64,000 nucleotides of DNA from Deltaproteobacteria bacterium (lineage in GTDB: Bacteria > Desulfobacterota > Desulfobacteria > Desulfobacterales > C00003060). Shown one piece after another: positions 34,561-44,437 of this stretch (position 1 is the stretch's first letter; the number at the start of each line of letters is the position of its first letter). The stretch covers positions 6,104 to 70,103 of the forward strand of contig JAFDKF010000001.1 of assembly GCA_019307135.1 (NCBI GenBank). Reading direction: 5' to 3'. A program made the translations under genes and the position numbers. The notes under the pieces were generated by a model that was not told the origin of the DNA, ran no database searches, and saw only the letters and a program-made list of their open reading frames with translations.

Positions 34561-35744
34561 GACCGATTTGTCTCCTTCACTTCTCCGATCCGTACGGCCA
34601 TGCCGTTGGTGACCGCCTTAAGCGGGGTGGTGACCACCCTTTCTCCGTCCTTGAGCCCGTCCTGAACCATGACGTCATCACCCTGAACCCGGGCCACATC
34701 CACTTTACGGAAGTGAAGCCGACCGTCGTTGTCCACCACCCAGACCACATCCCCCTGGTGCAAGGCGGACCGGGGAATGATAGCGGCATTGGGCAATGTA
34801 TGGCCTTCAAGATCCACGGTGACAAAGAGACCCACGGGGAGTGGAGGCTTTTTGGCGTAGGGTTTCTCCACGCGTACGACCACATTGATCATCCGGGTGC
34901 GCTCATCCAATTTTCCTTCGGTGCGAACCACTGCGCCTGACCATGTCCGCTCCCGTCCGGCAATACGGGCCCGGACCACAGCACGAGAACCAGGGCTGTC
35001 ACCAGGGGTGAAACCGGGCACATGGAACCAGAATAAGTGCTCGTCTTCCAATGGGAGCGCTATCTCGGCCGCCTCAGTGGAGTAAAGGGTAGCCAGGGCC
35101 TGTCCGGGTGAGACATATTGGCCGATATCTACGTTTTCTTGACTCACCCGTCCGTCAAAAGGGGCCTTGAGTTCGGTCCGTTCCAAGCTCAGGAGAGCCT
35201 TCCTAAGATCCGCCCGTTCGGCCTCCAGTTTAGCCTGAGCTGCCGTCAGTTGTGGCTCCTTAGCCACCAACGGCGGCGGATTTCTATTTGCTTTGGGACC
35301 TCCGGCATGCAGCAGTCGCCACTCCTCCTGTGCCGCAGCAGCTTCTTCTTCGGCCAATTTAAGATGACTTTCAGCGTCTTTCGCCTTTGCTCTGGCTAAA
35401 GTGACGCCCAATTGGTAATCCACCGGATCTATGCGCAATAAGGTCTCGCCCTGGCTGAATTCGCCTCCATTTACCAGGGCGGGAGAGACATGAACCACTT
35501 TGCCGCCCACTTGAGGCACCAGATTGATTTCCCGCAAGGGTGTAACTGTACCCTCACCTAAGATATGGACCGATTGTGGTCCGGTTTTGACCTTGATTGT
35601 CCGGACCATGGGTATTGCAGCAGTCGGTTTACGTTTCTTGATCTCGGGTTTGCTTGCCGTCAATGCGCGCATGCCTAGGGCACCCAAGGTGACTAAGACT
35701 ATGGGAATGGCGAAATGTAATAATCGTCTCTTTGTCTTGTTCAT
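34557..35744 (-). CDS. RND efflux periplasmic adaptor (membrane fusion protein)
   Basis: N-terminal anchor, coiled-coil AQAKLEAERADLRKA, and beta-barrel/lipoyl motifs. 4-nt overlap with the permease gene. Confidence 0.85.
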   Translation of the reverse strand: MNKTKRRLLHFAIPIVLVTLGALGMRALTASKPEIKKRKPTAAIPMVRTIKVKTGPQSVHILGEGTVTPLREINLVPQVGGKVVHVSPALVNGGEFSQGETLLRIDPVDYQLGVTLARAKAKDAESHLKLAEEEAAAAQEEWRLLHAGGPKANRNPPPLVAKEPQLTAAQAKLEAERADLRKALLSLERTELKAPFDGRVSQENVDIGQYVSPGQALATLYSTEAAEIALPLEDEHLFWFHVPGFTPGDSPGSRAVVRARIAGRERTWSGAVVRTEGKLDERTRMINVVVRVEKPYAKKPPLPVGLFVTVDLEGHTLPNAAIIPRSALHQGDVVWVVDNDGRLHFRKVDVARVQGDDVMVQDGLKDGERVVTTPLKAVTNGMAVRIGEVKETNRS

Positions 35745-35842
35745 GTCACGTTATTCCCTATTCTTATCCATTCACTTTTTCAGATATAGAGGATGTCCGT
35801 TATGAGTTGTCCGTGGTCCGTTGCTGGACTACCAACTATCAA

Positions 35843-35892
35843 CTAACTACTGACCACTAACTACTGACCACTGACCACTGACCACTGATCAC
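35843..35892. repeat. Short-period array of CTGACCA/CTAACTA units
   Basis: CTAACTACTGACCACTAACTACTGACCACTGACCACTGACCACTGATCAC. It spans the stop codon (35857-35859) and encodes the last residues (..SGQWSVVSS) of the OMF gene. Confidence 0.85.
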
Positions 35893-37314
35893 TTCACTCG
35901 GCTCTGCCCATCCGCCGCCCAAAGCCCGATGTAATGCGACTCGGTTACTCAGAATGGCAAGATCGACCAAGGCCAGGTTCTCCTCGGCCTTGAACCGGGT
36001 TTGCTGGGCCTCCAGCACGGTTAGGTAATCCACTATACCCCGTTTGTAGCGCTTCTCGGCCACATCCTGGGTGGCTCGAGCTTCCACCAGAAAATTCAGT
36101 ACCCGATCCCGACGTTCCAACTGCTCCTTACGAGTCAAGAGGGCGCTTTCCACCTCGTAAAATGCCGTCAACACCGTCTTTGCATGTTCGGCCACGCCCT
36201 GCTCATATCTTGCCTCTGCTGCCCGTTGGCCGGCCTTCAATTTACCGGCGTCAAACAATGGTTGCGCAATGCCCAGGGCCAGGTTCCACAACTTGCTCTC
36301 ATGCCGTAAAAGTTGATCCAATTCCTCGCTGGAGTACCCGAAACTGCCCGTCAAGGTAATGCGGGGAAACCGGTTGGCCCTGGCCACGCCCATCCGGGCG
36401 TTTAAGCCCATCAATCTGGCCTCGGCTGCTCTGATGTCCGGCCGACGCAACAAGAGATCAGAGGGCAGGCCTGGCGGCACCGGGGCCAGGCGTTTAAAGT
36501 AGTCTTCCGGCTGGGTCCGAGGTGGTCGAGTCTCGGGGTAGCGTCCCAGCAGCACGGCCATTTTCTGCTGGGTGATTCCCAGGTCCTGACGGAGGGATGG
36601 GAGGGCGGCTTCCGCCTGGGTCAGGGTGCGACGGGCCTGCCTTAAATCCAGGACAGAGGTCAGACCGCGCTCGTAACGACTTTCGACCAGGGCTAAACTG
36701 CGGCGGTAGTTTTCGATGCTCAGCAAAGTAATCTGTATCCGCCGCTCTAAGGACTCCATCTGTAAATAGAGACTGATCGTCTCGGCCACTACGGTTAGGG
36801 CTACAGTACGACGGTTTTCCTCCGCCTCATAGAGATCGGCCCGCACCGCTTCTTCAGCCCGAGCCAGACGACCCCACAAGTCCAACTCAAAGGAAGCGGG
36901 CAATGAGAGTGTGTAGATGTCGGTTTCAATACTAAAACTCTTGCCCGGTATGACCCCAATGATCGGCCGATGTTGCCGTCGACCCTGACCCTCAAGGCTT
37001 AAGTCGGGGAAACGGTCTGCTCTGGTCTGGACGAACTGGGACCGCACCTCCAGAATCCTGGCTGTGGCCTTTTTGATGTCTAAGTTGTTTTTCAATACTT
37101 CCTCTACCAGTTGGTTTAATTCCGGATCGGTGAAAACCTGCCACCACCAGTCTTCGGGCCTGGGTATTACCGTCTCGGTCGGGGCATGCTGGTAGGACTC
37201 CGGCATTTGGATACCGGTGTCGGGTCGCTGGTAATCCGGGCCCACCTTCATACATCCGCTTGATACAAGGAGAGTGGCTAAGGCCACAAACAGATGAAAG
37301 AACATGTGCTTCAC
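35857..37314 (-). CDS. Efflux outer-membrane factor lipoprotein (NodT/TolC family)
   Basis: Lipobox LVSSGC followed by VGPDYQRP. Two repeated TolC-like halves. Confidence 0.85.
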   Translation of the reverse strand: MKHMFFHLFVALATLLVSSGCMKVGPDYQRPDTGIQMPESYQHAPTETVIPRPEDWWWQVFTDPELNQLVEEVLKNNLDIKKATARILEVRSQFVQTRADRFPDLSLEGQGRRQHRPIIGVIPGKSFSIETDIYTLSLPASFELDLWGRLARAEEAVRADLYEAEENRRTVALTVVAETISLYLQMESLERRIQITLLSIENYRRSLALVESRYERGLTSVLDLRQARRTLTQAEAALPSLRQDLGITQQKMAVLLGRYPETRPPRTQPEDYFKRLAPVPPGLPSDLLLRRPDIRAAEARLMGLNARMGVARANRFPRITLTGSFGYSSEELDQLLRHESKLWNLALGIAQPLFDAGKLKAGQRAAEARYEQGVAEHAKTVLTAFYEVESALLTRKEQLERRDRVLNFLVEARATQDVAEKRYKRGIVDYLTVLEAQQTRFKAEENLALVDLAILSNRVALHRALGGGWAEPSEVISGQWSVVSS

Positions 37315-37964
37315 CGCATCTCCTCCTTTTCGGCCCCGCCCAACCCTTTAAGGGAAAATTCCACGATGTGTTCTACCAACCGGGCCTTGAAAGCTGTGTC
37401 GTATTCGTACCCGGCGATGCGGGTTACCGCCGCCCGGGCGAAGTTGAAGTAAAGCACCATGCCGAATATACTCAATATGTTGAGCATCAGGCGCTTTTCT
37501 CCCAGCCCTTCGGGCATGACTGGACGCAACATGTCGGCTAACTCCTTGAAGAATGGCCGCATGACCTGATCAGCCACCAGCTCAAAGGCCTCGGTAGGCT
37601 GGCCCAGCTCTCTAACTATAAGTTGATGGTGGCGGTGACGCTCCTCATCCGATAGAGGGCCTACAAGAAATGCCTCGGCCAGGGCTTTTGCCACTGCGGT
37701 CGGTGAGGGGGAACCTTGAGCGGCCAAAGACTTCCTGAAATGTTCTTGCAACAGCCCGGCCCGCGGCACCCACCGGGCGCGGAACACTTCCAGGTAGAGG
37801 TTTTGCTTATTGCCAAAATGGTAGTTCACTGCCGCCAGGTTGCAGTTGGCGGCCTTTGTAATTTCCCTGACGCTGACGGCGTCGTAGCCTTTTTGGGCGA
37901 ACAGGCCTTCGGCCTCATTCAGGAGGCGTTCTTTAGTGACGTCGTTTTTATTTTTTTGGGCCAT
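37311..37964 (-). CDS. TetR/AcrR family transcriptional regulator
   Basis: N-terminal HTH LFAQKGYDAVSVREITKAANCNLAAVNYHFGNK. First gene of the efflux operon, with a 4-nt overlap. Confidence 0.85.
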   Translation of the reverse strand: MAQKNKNDVTKERLLNEAEGLFAQKGYDAVSVREITKAANCNLAAVNYHFGNKQNLYLEVFRARWVPRAGLLQEHFRKSLAAQGSPSPTAVAKALAEAFLVGPLSDEERHRHHQLIVRELGQPTEAFELVADQVMRPFFKELADMLRPVMPEGLGEKRLMLNILSIFGMVLYFNFARAAVTRIAGYEYDTAFKARLVEHIVEFSLKGLGGAEKEEMR

Positions 37965-38155
37965 GCTTTAACCCAACCCCGCTTTTTTAACAAACGTTTG
38001 TATCAAACGATCGTTTTAATGTCAAGCAATTTTTTCCCTGAATTGGAAACCATCAACAAAGCGTATTCATAAAAGAAAAGCAAGGCTGGGGGTCACGCAC
38101 GGAACCAGGAAGAGTGATCAGGGGGGTTGGAAGGAGGGAACTGAAAGTGGAATTC

Positions 38156-39064
38156 TTACGTATCCTTCCCTATGATTTCTTCCAATGCGCTCATGATCTC
38201 CGGATAGCGAAAAGCGAAGCCGTGCTTAAGCAGCTTAGCGGGGACGACTCTCTGGCCTTCCAGAAGAATAGATCCAAATTCTCCAAGCACCAGGCGCACC
38301 ATGAAGGCAGGCGTCGTCAAGAAGGACGGCCGCGACAGGACCTTTCCCAATGCTTTAGCCAAGTCCTTGTTCCGGACAGGGTTCGGCGAACAGAAATTAA
38401 CCGGGCCGCTGATGTCCTGATTCTCGAAGAGAAACACAAATGCGTTTGACAGGTCTTCCATGTGAATCCAGGAAAACCACTGATTGCCACTTCCCAATGG
38501 TCCTCCAACAAATTTCTTGAAAGCAGGAAGCATTTGTCCAAGCGCGCCTCCCTCCTTGCCCAGGACTATGCCGAATCGGGTTATGACAACCCGAACGCCC
38601 TTGGCCTGTGCCTTGCGAGCTTCATTTTCCCAGTCAACACAGAGCGTGGCCAGGAAATCATTGCCAGGCGCGTCTTCCTCTGTGAGTTCTTCATCGCCCT
38701 GGAAGCCGTAGTATCCCACTGCAGACGCGCTGCAAAGCAGTGCCCCTTTTTCTTGGACCATGGCCTTGACCACGTTGCATGTGGTAAGAACCCGGCTGTC
38801 ATAGATGAAACGTTTAGTCTTATCGTTCCATCGCCTAAAAATCGAGGCCCCGGCCGGATTGATCACGATGTCCTGACCAGCCACTTCTTCCTGCCATGGC
38901 CCTTTCACTGTAGTGTCCGCCGAGATGTAAGTGATTTCTGATGGCGTGTCAGCCCGCGGCTCAGGGGCACGCCCCACAACGGTGACCTGGTGCCCCTCTT
39001 CCAGCAGACGGGTGGAAAGATGGGTGCCGACAAAGCCAAGACCGCCGGTGATAAGGACCTTCAT
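38156..39064 (-). CDS. TIGR01777/YfcH-like NAD-dependent epimerase family protein (SDR39U1)
   Basis: MKVLITGGLGFVGTHL Rossmann motif. C-terminal DUF1731-like RVVPAKLLKHGFAFRYPEI. Confidence 0.8.
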   Translation of the reverse strand: MKVLITGGLGFVGTHLSTRLLEEGHQVTVVGRAPEPRADTPSEITYISADTTVKGPWQEEVAGQDIVINPAGASIFRRWNDKTKRFIYDSRVLTTCNVVKAMVQEKGALLCSASAVGYYGFQGDEELTEEDAPGNDFLATLCVDWENEARKAQAKGVRVVITRFGIVLGKEGGALGQMLPAFKKFVGGPLGSGNQWFSWIHMEDLSNAFVFLFENQDISGPVNFCSPNPVRNKDLAKALGKVLSRPSFLTTPAFMVRLVLGEFGSILLEGQRVVPAKLLKHGFAFRYPEIMSALEEIIGKDT

Positions 39065-39083
39065 GTTACCTCCTTATTTGATT

Positions 39084-39223
39084 GCGGAATGCGGAATGCG
39101 GAATGCGGATTGTTTTTCTTCTCCATTTGATTCCAAAATCCGAAATCACGTGGGCTGGATGCTGGTTACTCGTTGCTGGAATTGTTTTTCATTCCGCAAT
39201 CCGCAATCCGCATTCCGCATTCG
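39084..39223. repeat. Inverted heptamer arrays: (GCGGAAT)x4 facing (ATTCCGC/AATCCGC)x4
   Basis: The left array (39084-39111) and right array (39191-39218) are mutually complementary, with a 79-nt spacer. It lies between the cysC 3' end and the SDR start. Confidence 0.9.
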
Positions 39224-39276
39224 ATTCATCCAGTATTATTTTGCTGGACATAGCCCATCCTGTGGACATTCGGATA

Positions 39277-39888
39277 CTATTGAATCAGCTTACACTTTTC
39301 TATCAGTTCAATCACTCGTTCTGCGGCTTGCGATGCATCCTCCTTGTAGGAGTGGATGACTATGTCCGGGTTTTCGGGCGCTTCGTAGGGGGCAGAAATC
39401 CCCGTAAATTCCTTGATCACCCCGGCTTTGGCCCTGGCGTAGATGCCCTTCTGGTCTCGCGTGGCACAGACCTCCGAGGGGCACTCCACGTAGACTTCCA
39501 AAAACTGTCCGTCCTCTAGCAAGGACCGGACCTTTTGGCGATCCTGGCGATAGGGGGAGATGAAAGCGGTGAGGACAATCATACCAGCATCCACAAAGAG
39601 TTTAACCATCTCGCCGATTCGGCGGACGTTTTCTATTCTGTCTTCACGACGAAATGTCAGATCTGAACAAAGGCCGTGACGAACATTGTCCCCGTCGAAC
39701 ACATAGGTGGAACAGCCTCGGCGGTGCAGCTCTTTTTCTACCAGGTGGGCAATTGTTGATTTGCCGGAAGCCGAAAGGCCCGTAAACCAGATGAGCCCTC
39801 CCTTGTGGCCATGGAGCCTTTCTCGATCCTTGCGAGACACATAGCCGTCGAACCAGGTGATATTGCTGTTTTTTGAGGTGTTATCCAT
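39277..39888 (-). CDS. cysC: Adenylyl-sulfate (APS) kinase
   Basis: P-loop GLSASGKSTIA, then DGDNVRHGL and ENVRRIGEM, typical of CysC. Confidence 0.9.
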   Translation of the reverse strand: MDNTSKNSNITWFDGYVSRKDRERLHGHKGGLIWFTGLSASGKSTIAHLVEKELHRRGCSTYVFDGDNVRHGLCSDLTFRREDRIENVRRIGEMVKLFVDAGMIVLTAFISPYRQDRQKVRSLLEDGQFLEVYVECPSEVCATRDQKGIYARAKAGVIKEFTGISAPYEAPENPDIVIHSYKEDASQAAERVIELIEKCKLIQ

Positions 39889-39901
39889 CTTGCAAAACTC
39901 C

Positions 39902-39964
39902 GTTTATTGTGTTTATTGTGTTCGTTGTGTTTATTGTGTTTGTTGTGTTTACACGGTTTGTTGT
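39902..39964. repeat. Tandem 9-mer array (GTTTRTTGT)x7
   Basis: Seven contiguous 9-nt units. Complementary CAACAAAC-type units occur at 40444-40513, at the other end of the same intergenic region. Confidence 0.85.
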
Positions 39965-40073
39965 GCCTGCCTTGCCCGCCCTGGCGCTTGGGCTTATATT
40001 ATGAGCTACCAAGCCAGCAATTCAGGTCTGGGCCAAGGGTGCGTACCACACTTTACTGCCTGCCCTACGTGCC

Positions 40074-40317
40074 CTAGGAGGCTGTCCGAGAACTCAGCAA
40101 AGTTGTCATTTCGAGCGTAGCGCCCGCCCTGGCGCGACACGTGTTACAATGAGCCCGCTAGCCTTATGGAGCCCGGTCTGGGCCAGGGAGAAATCTTATT
40201 GTATCGAAAATACGTAAGTTTTAGATTTCTCCCTTTCAGCCGTCGTAGCCGAGGCTACTATGGCGAAGTCGGCTCGGTCGAAATGACATGAAGACGTATT
40301 CTCGGACAGCCTCCTAG
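40074..40317. mobile_element. MITE-like nested palindromic element B (244 bp); same outer TIR as element A
   Basis: TIR CTAGGAGGCTGTCCGAGAAC (40074-40093) against ATTCTCGGACAGCCTCCTAG (40298-40317). Inner inverted repeats are GTCATTTCGAGCG / GCTCGGTCGAAATGAC and GGGAGAAATCT / AGATTTCTCCC. Confidence 0.75.
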
Positions 40318-40406
40318 TGCTTACTGCTTGCTAAAAGCCGTAAAGCTGGCAAACCAGGCCCGCCCTGGCGCGTCTGCTTGTTATAAGGTATTAAGCTGTT
40401 AAACCC

Positions 40407-40442
40407 GGTCTGGGCCAGGGTCTGGGCCAGGGTCTGGGCCAG
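40407..40442. repeat. Tandem 12-mer (GGTCTGGGCCAG)x3
   Basis: Three perfect units. The motif CCCGGTCTGGGCCAGGG also occurs singly near 25559 and 40166. Confidence 0.85.
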
Positions 40443-40509
40443 GGTTTGTCGTGTTTGTTGTGACCCAATAAACCCAACAAACTCAACAAACCCAATGAAC
40501 CCAATGAAC

Positions 40510-41493
40510 TCAATATCCATTCGGATTGTTTTTGTGCCAGGTCCAGGCGGTTTGCACGATAGTTTCAAGGTCAGGAAATTGCGGGCTCCAGCCCAGATCC
40601 TTCGTGGCCTTTTGACTCGAGCTGATAAGGACCGCGGGGTCGCCAGGGCGCCTTTCTACCACCCTTGCCGGAATTTCTTTGCCAGTTACACGCCGGGCAA
40701 TTTCGATGACCTGCTTCACCGAATAACCCTTAGCGTTTCCGAGATTGTATTGTCCGCCTGGCAAGCCCGCCAACAACCTCTCCAAAGCAAGTAGATGGGC
40801 CTGAGCCAGGTCCTCGATGTGGATGTAATCTCGAACACATGTGCCGTCCGGCGTTGGATAGTCATCCCCGAAGATATCTACACGGGGTCGCTGACCAAGG
40901 GCAGTCTTAAGAACCAGGGGGATAAGGTGTGTTTCCGGATTGTGATCTTCCCCCAACTCGCCATCAAGGTCTGCCCCGGCTGCATTGAAATACCGCAGAC
41001 AAACTGATTCCAGCCCGTAGGCGTTCCTGAAATCATTCAGTATCTGTTCAACCATGAGCTTGGTTCTGCCGTAAGGATTGATCGGTTTTTGAGGATGCTC
41101 TTCGGTCATAGGAATTTCGACCGGTTCTCCGTAACTGGCACAAGAAGATGAGAATATGAAATTGCCAACATTCCTTTCAACCATGACATCAAGGAGGACC
41201 AGGGTATTGGCCACGTTATTCTGGTAGTATTTGGCCGGTTCCTCTACCGATTCCCCGACATAACAAAACGCAGCAAAGTGCATGACGGCTGAGATGGGAT
41301 AGTCTGAAAATATTTTTTGAAGCAGACTTGAATCATTCATGGAACCTTCGAAAAACGGTCCGTACTTTACGGCTTGACGGTGACCCAAAACAAGGTTGTC
41401 AAGAACTATCGGCATGTAACCCTTTTTCGAAAGGTACTTGGCCATGTGTGATCCAATATATCCTGCGCCACCAACCACCAGGATGTTTTTCAC
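40510..41493 (-). CDS. galE: UDP-glucose 4-epimerase
   Basis: I place the start at GTG 41493, preceded by GGGAGGA (the ORF track extends to 41508). VVGGAGYIGSH, then the YxxxK region and NLGN..G.SV are typical of GalE. Confidence 0.85.
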   Translation of the reverse strand: MKNILVVGGAGYIGSHMAKYLSKKGYMPIVLDNLVLGHRQAVKYGPFFEGSMNDSSLLQKIFSDYPISAVMHFAAFCYVGESVEEPAKYYQNNVANTLVLLDVMVERNVGNFIFSSSCASYGEPVEIPMTEEHPQKPINPYGRTKLMVEQILNDFRNAYGLESVCLRYFNAAGADLDGELGEDHNPETHLIPLVLKTALGQRPRVDIFGDDYPTPDGTCVRDYIHIEDLAQAHLLALERLLAGLPGGQYNLGNAKGYSVKQVIEIARRVTGKEIPARVVERRPGDPAVLISSSQKATKDLGWSPQFPDLETIVQTAWTWHKNNPNGY

Positions 41494-41522
41494 GACGTAT
41501 CCTCCCACGTCCCTACTTCAAT

Positions 41523-41614
41523 GGTGTTGAGTTGTTGAGTTGTCGATTGGTTGAGTCGTTACGCTTTATCAAACTCAACGACTTAACGACTCAACCACTT
41601 AACTGCTTAACTGC
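41523..41614. repeat. Inverted-arm element of the GTTGAGT/ACTCAAC family
   Basis: GGTTGAGTCGTTACG faces CAACGACTTAACGACTCAACC. The right arm overlaps the recD2 stop (41599-41601) and encodes its last residues (..MQLSS). Confidence 0.75.
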
Positions 41615-43782
41615 ATTCGATCACAAAGGCGGGTCATCCGTTTTTGCGGCCTGTCGTTCCGCAGGGCAATGGCCAGGGCCTGTTTGGTTCCAATGAGCAC
41701 GACCAACTCCTTTGCACGGGTTACCCCGGTATAAATGAGGTTTCTCTGAAGTAAGATAAAGTGCTGAGTCATCACCGGCAGGATCACTGCTCCATATTCT
41801 GAGCCCTGGGATTTGTGGACGGACACGGCATAAGCCAGTACGAGCTCGTCGAGTTCAACAAACTTATAGTCAACAGCACGGCCGTCGTATTTGACAGTGA
41901 TCTTTTCAATATCCCGATCGATTCCGCTGATGGTTCCAATATCTCCGTTGAAGACATCTTTTGCATAATTGTTTCTAATCTGCATCACCTTGTCCCCGCG
42001 CTTGAAGGTGCGCCCCATACGCTCAATAATATCATCGGAGGGGTTCAAGGCCTGCTGAAGCACGCGATTAAGATTCGTTGTGCCAATAATTCCTTTGTGC
42101 ATGGGGCTCAGCACCTGGATGTCTGACAAGGGATCAAGTTTAAAGCGATCCGGAATACGCTCGCAGCAAAGCTCCAGGATCGTTGAAAGCACCTTTTCGG
42201 GATCCTCTTGCTGGATAAAGTAGAAATCCTGCAGGGTGTCGTGTTTGGAATCTGAAATGGTCGGGGAAAACCCCTGGTTGATCCTGTGGGCATTTACGAT
42301 GATCAGACTTTCCCGGGCCTGTCTGAAGATTTCTTGCAAGAACACGACCGGGACCTGTTTGGAATCGATCATATCCCGCAGCACGTTTCCGGGACCTACA
42401 GAAGGGAGCTGATAGATATCCCCAACCAGGATGAGTGCGGCGATCATGGGAACCGCTTTGACAAGGTGATACATCAAAAAAGTATCTACCATGGACGCTT
42501 CATCCACAATCACTACATCAGCATCGAGTGGATTTTTTTCGTTTTTCTGAAACCCGCCGCTCTTGAAGTTATAGGCAAGAAGGCGATGGATCGTTTTTGC
42601 CTCATGGCCCGTGACCTCCGAAAGCCTCTTGGCCGCCCGGCCCGTCGGTGCGCAAAGCAAGACCTCCTTTCCGGCCGCCTCAAAGACCGCCAGGATGGCC
42701 TTGACCAAGGTGGTTTTCCCCGTACCGGGTCCACCCGTGAGAATCGACACCTTTTGCGAAAGCGCTGTGTGCAGGCCAATCCATTGTTCTTTTGAAAGCA
42801 TAATGGCCAGCCTCTGCAGGACCAGTTTTTCTGTACGCCTGGCATCTATGCCAATGCCTTTTATGGGTACAGAAAGCAGGGCCTTAAGGCGGTTGGCCAG
42901 ACCCACCTCTGCTGCGTGAAAAGCCTTCAAGTAGACCGCTGTCATGGCTTTGGGTGGATCACCCTCAAGGTGAAAGTCTTCCAGCACAATGCGTCCGGAT
43001 GCAGCCAGATTCCTGACAGCCGTCTCAAGGGCGGTGCGGTCTATCTCAAGGAGTGCTTCGGCCCGATCCAGTAGTTGATCATACAGGACAAACACATGTC
43101 CTTCATCAGACACCTTTTCGAGGACATGCAAGATTCCTGCCTCGGCACGTATGATGGCATCCTTGGCAATGCCGACTTTTTCTGCAATCCGGTCAGCTAT
43201 AAGAAAACCAATGCCAAATACGTCGGATGCCAGCCGATAAGGGTTTTCCCGCACCACCCGGATGGCGTTCTGGCCGTACTCCTTGAATATCTTGGCGCTA
43301 TAGCCGGAGCTCACACCGTGGCCCTGAAGAAAGATCATAACGTCTCTGACCTCTCTTTGATCTTCCCATGCCTTGAGGATCATCTGAAGCCGCTTCTCGC
43401 CAATCCCTTCTACCCCAAGGAGCTTGTTGGGAGAACGCTCAATGACCTGGAGGGTTTTTTCTCGGAACCGGTCCACCAATTGCTTGGCCATAGCAGGGCC
43501 GATCCCCTTGATCAGGCCTGATCCCAGGTACTTTTCAATCCCGTCCATTTTGGCGGGAAGGCTAACACTGTAGCCGTTGGCCTTGAACTGCTGGCCGTAT
43601 TTGGGATGGATTTCCCAACTGCCCCAGAGCTTCAATACCTCGCCTGGTGCGATCCCTGCCAGTTGTCCCACGACTGTCACGAGTTCGGGGTTTCCCCTGA
43701 CCTTTAACCTGGCTACTGTGTAGTGGTTCTCCTCGTTAAAGTAGACAATTCGTTCCAGGTGGCCTTCCAGAGTTTCAGACAT
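41599..43782 (-). CDS. recD2: RecD2-type SF1B ATP-dependent DNA helicase
   Basis: Walker A ILTGGPGTGKTT, DEASMVD, a C-terminal SH3-like region and YAVSVHKSQGSE. N-terminal OB/HhH region. Confidence 0.85.
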   Translation of the reverse strand: MSETLEGHLERIVYFNEENHYTVARLKVRGNPELVTVVGQLAGIAPGEVLKLWGSWEIHPKYGQQFKANGYSVSLPAKMDGIEKYLGSGLIKGIGPAMAKQLVDRFREKTLQVIERSPNKLLGVEGIGEKRLQMILKAWEDQREVRDVMIFLQGHGVSSGYSAKIFKEYGQNAIRVVRENPYRLASDVFGIGFLIADRIAEKVGIAKDAIIRAEAGILHVLEKVSDEGHVFVLYDQLLDRAEALLEIDRTALETAVRNLAASGRIVLEDFHLEGDPPKAMTAVYLKAFHAAEVGLANRLKALLSVPIKGIGIDARRTEKLVLQRLAIMLSKEQWIGLHTALSQKVSILTGGPGTGKTTLVKAILAVFEAAGKEVLLCAPTGRAAKRLSEVTGHEAKTIHRLLAYNFKSGGFQKNEKNPLDADVVIVDEASMVDTFLMYHLVKAVPMIAALILVGDIYQLPSVGPGNVLRDMIDSKQVPVVFLQEIFRQARESLIIVNAHRINQGFSPTISDSKHDTLQDFYFIQQEDPEKVLSTILELCCERIPDRFKLDPLSDIQVLSPMHKGIIGTTNLNRVLQQALNPSDDIIERMGRTFKRGDKVMQIRNNYAKDVFNGDIGTISGIDRDIEKITVKYDGRAVDYKFVELDELVLAYAVSVHKSQGSEYGAVILPVMTQHFILLQRNLIYTGVTRAKELVVLIGTKQALAIALRNDRPQKRMTRLCDRMQLSS

Positions 43783-44437
43783 AGAGGCTTGTCATACCCC
43801 CTAATAAATGTTACACGCGGAGTCTTGTTAGCAATAAGATGTATTTTAAATAAGTTATCTAACACAAAGCGATATGTCAATCGATTTGAAGGCCCCTTTT
43901 CCCGACACTTTATCCGGTCGTTAGCCAGGCCCTTTCTTATGACCGGGAATTCATATATTTTAACAAAGGCGCACACGACAGGACAGTTTTTTCTTAAGGC
44001 TCACTAATGCGCTCAGACAGTCAGACATTTCCAAATTTAACCACCTGTCGGCTCAGGTTATTGAGAAGATACCAATAATCACCGCGAAAGACTGGGGCAA
44101 TGTCACCAGGCAGCGGCATACCTGCCTCAAGGGAAACGTCTGCTTTCAAGACGCGATACCCGGACTTATTGAGAACTTACAGATTTGTTGGGTTTTTGTA
44201 TCATTTCCCTACATTTTTTAGTGAAGTAAATGGAAACTCACATTTTTAGGAGATATGCTCAGCAAAAAATAATCCTTTAATAACATATACTTATAATTCC
44301 ACATTAATCAAAATAGCCGTAAATAGGAAGCTGGGGATAGGGAAGAATTGTTGCGTGTAAGCAAAATTGTTATCTAATTTTTTTGCTTATACGCAAAACA
44401 TGTTGACATTGTCGTTTAAGGGTTGTAATGGATATCT

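Noticed and set aside
39082-40568. ORFs 39082..39519, 39857..40120 and 40314..40568
   Set aside because: Their N-termini or bodies are translations of heptamer, 9-mer or 12-mer repeats (MRNAECGMR.., VYCVYCVRCVY.., LAQTLAQTLAQT). The remainder is antisense to cysC or galE.
43783-44437. AT-rich 650-bp gap searched for tRNA, integrase or attachment-site signatures of an island boundary
   Set aside because: I could not recognise a tRNA cloverleaf or an integrase. Only a short unassignable minus-strand ORF fragment and an operator-like palindrome upstream of the DUF4143 ATPase are present. That is insufficient to call a mobile-element boundary.
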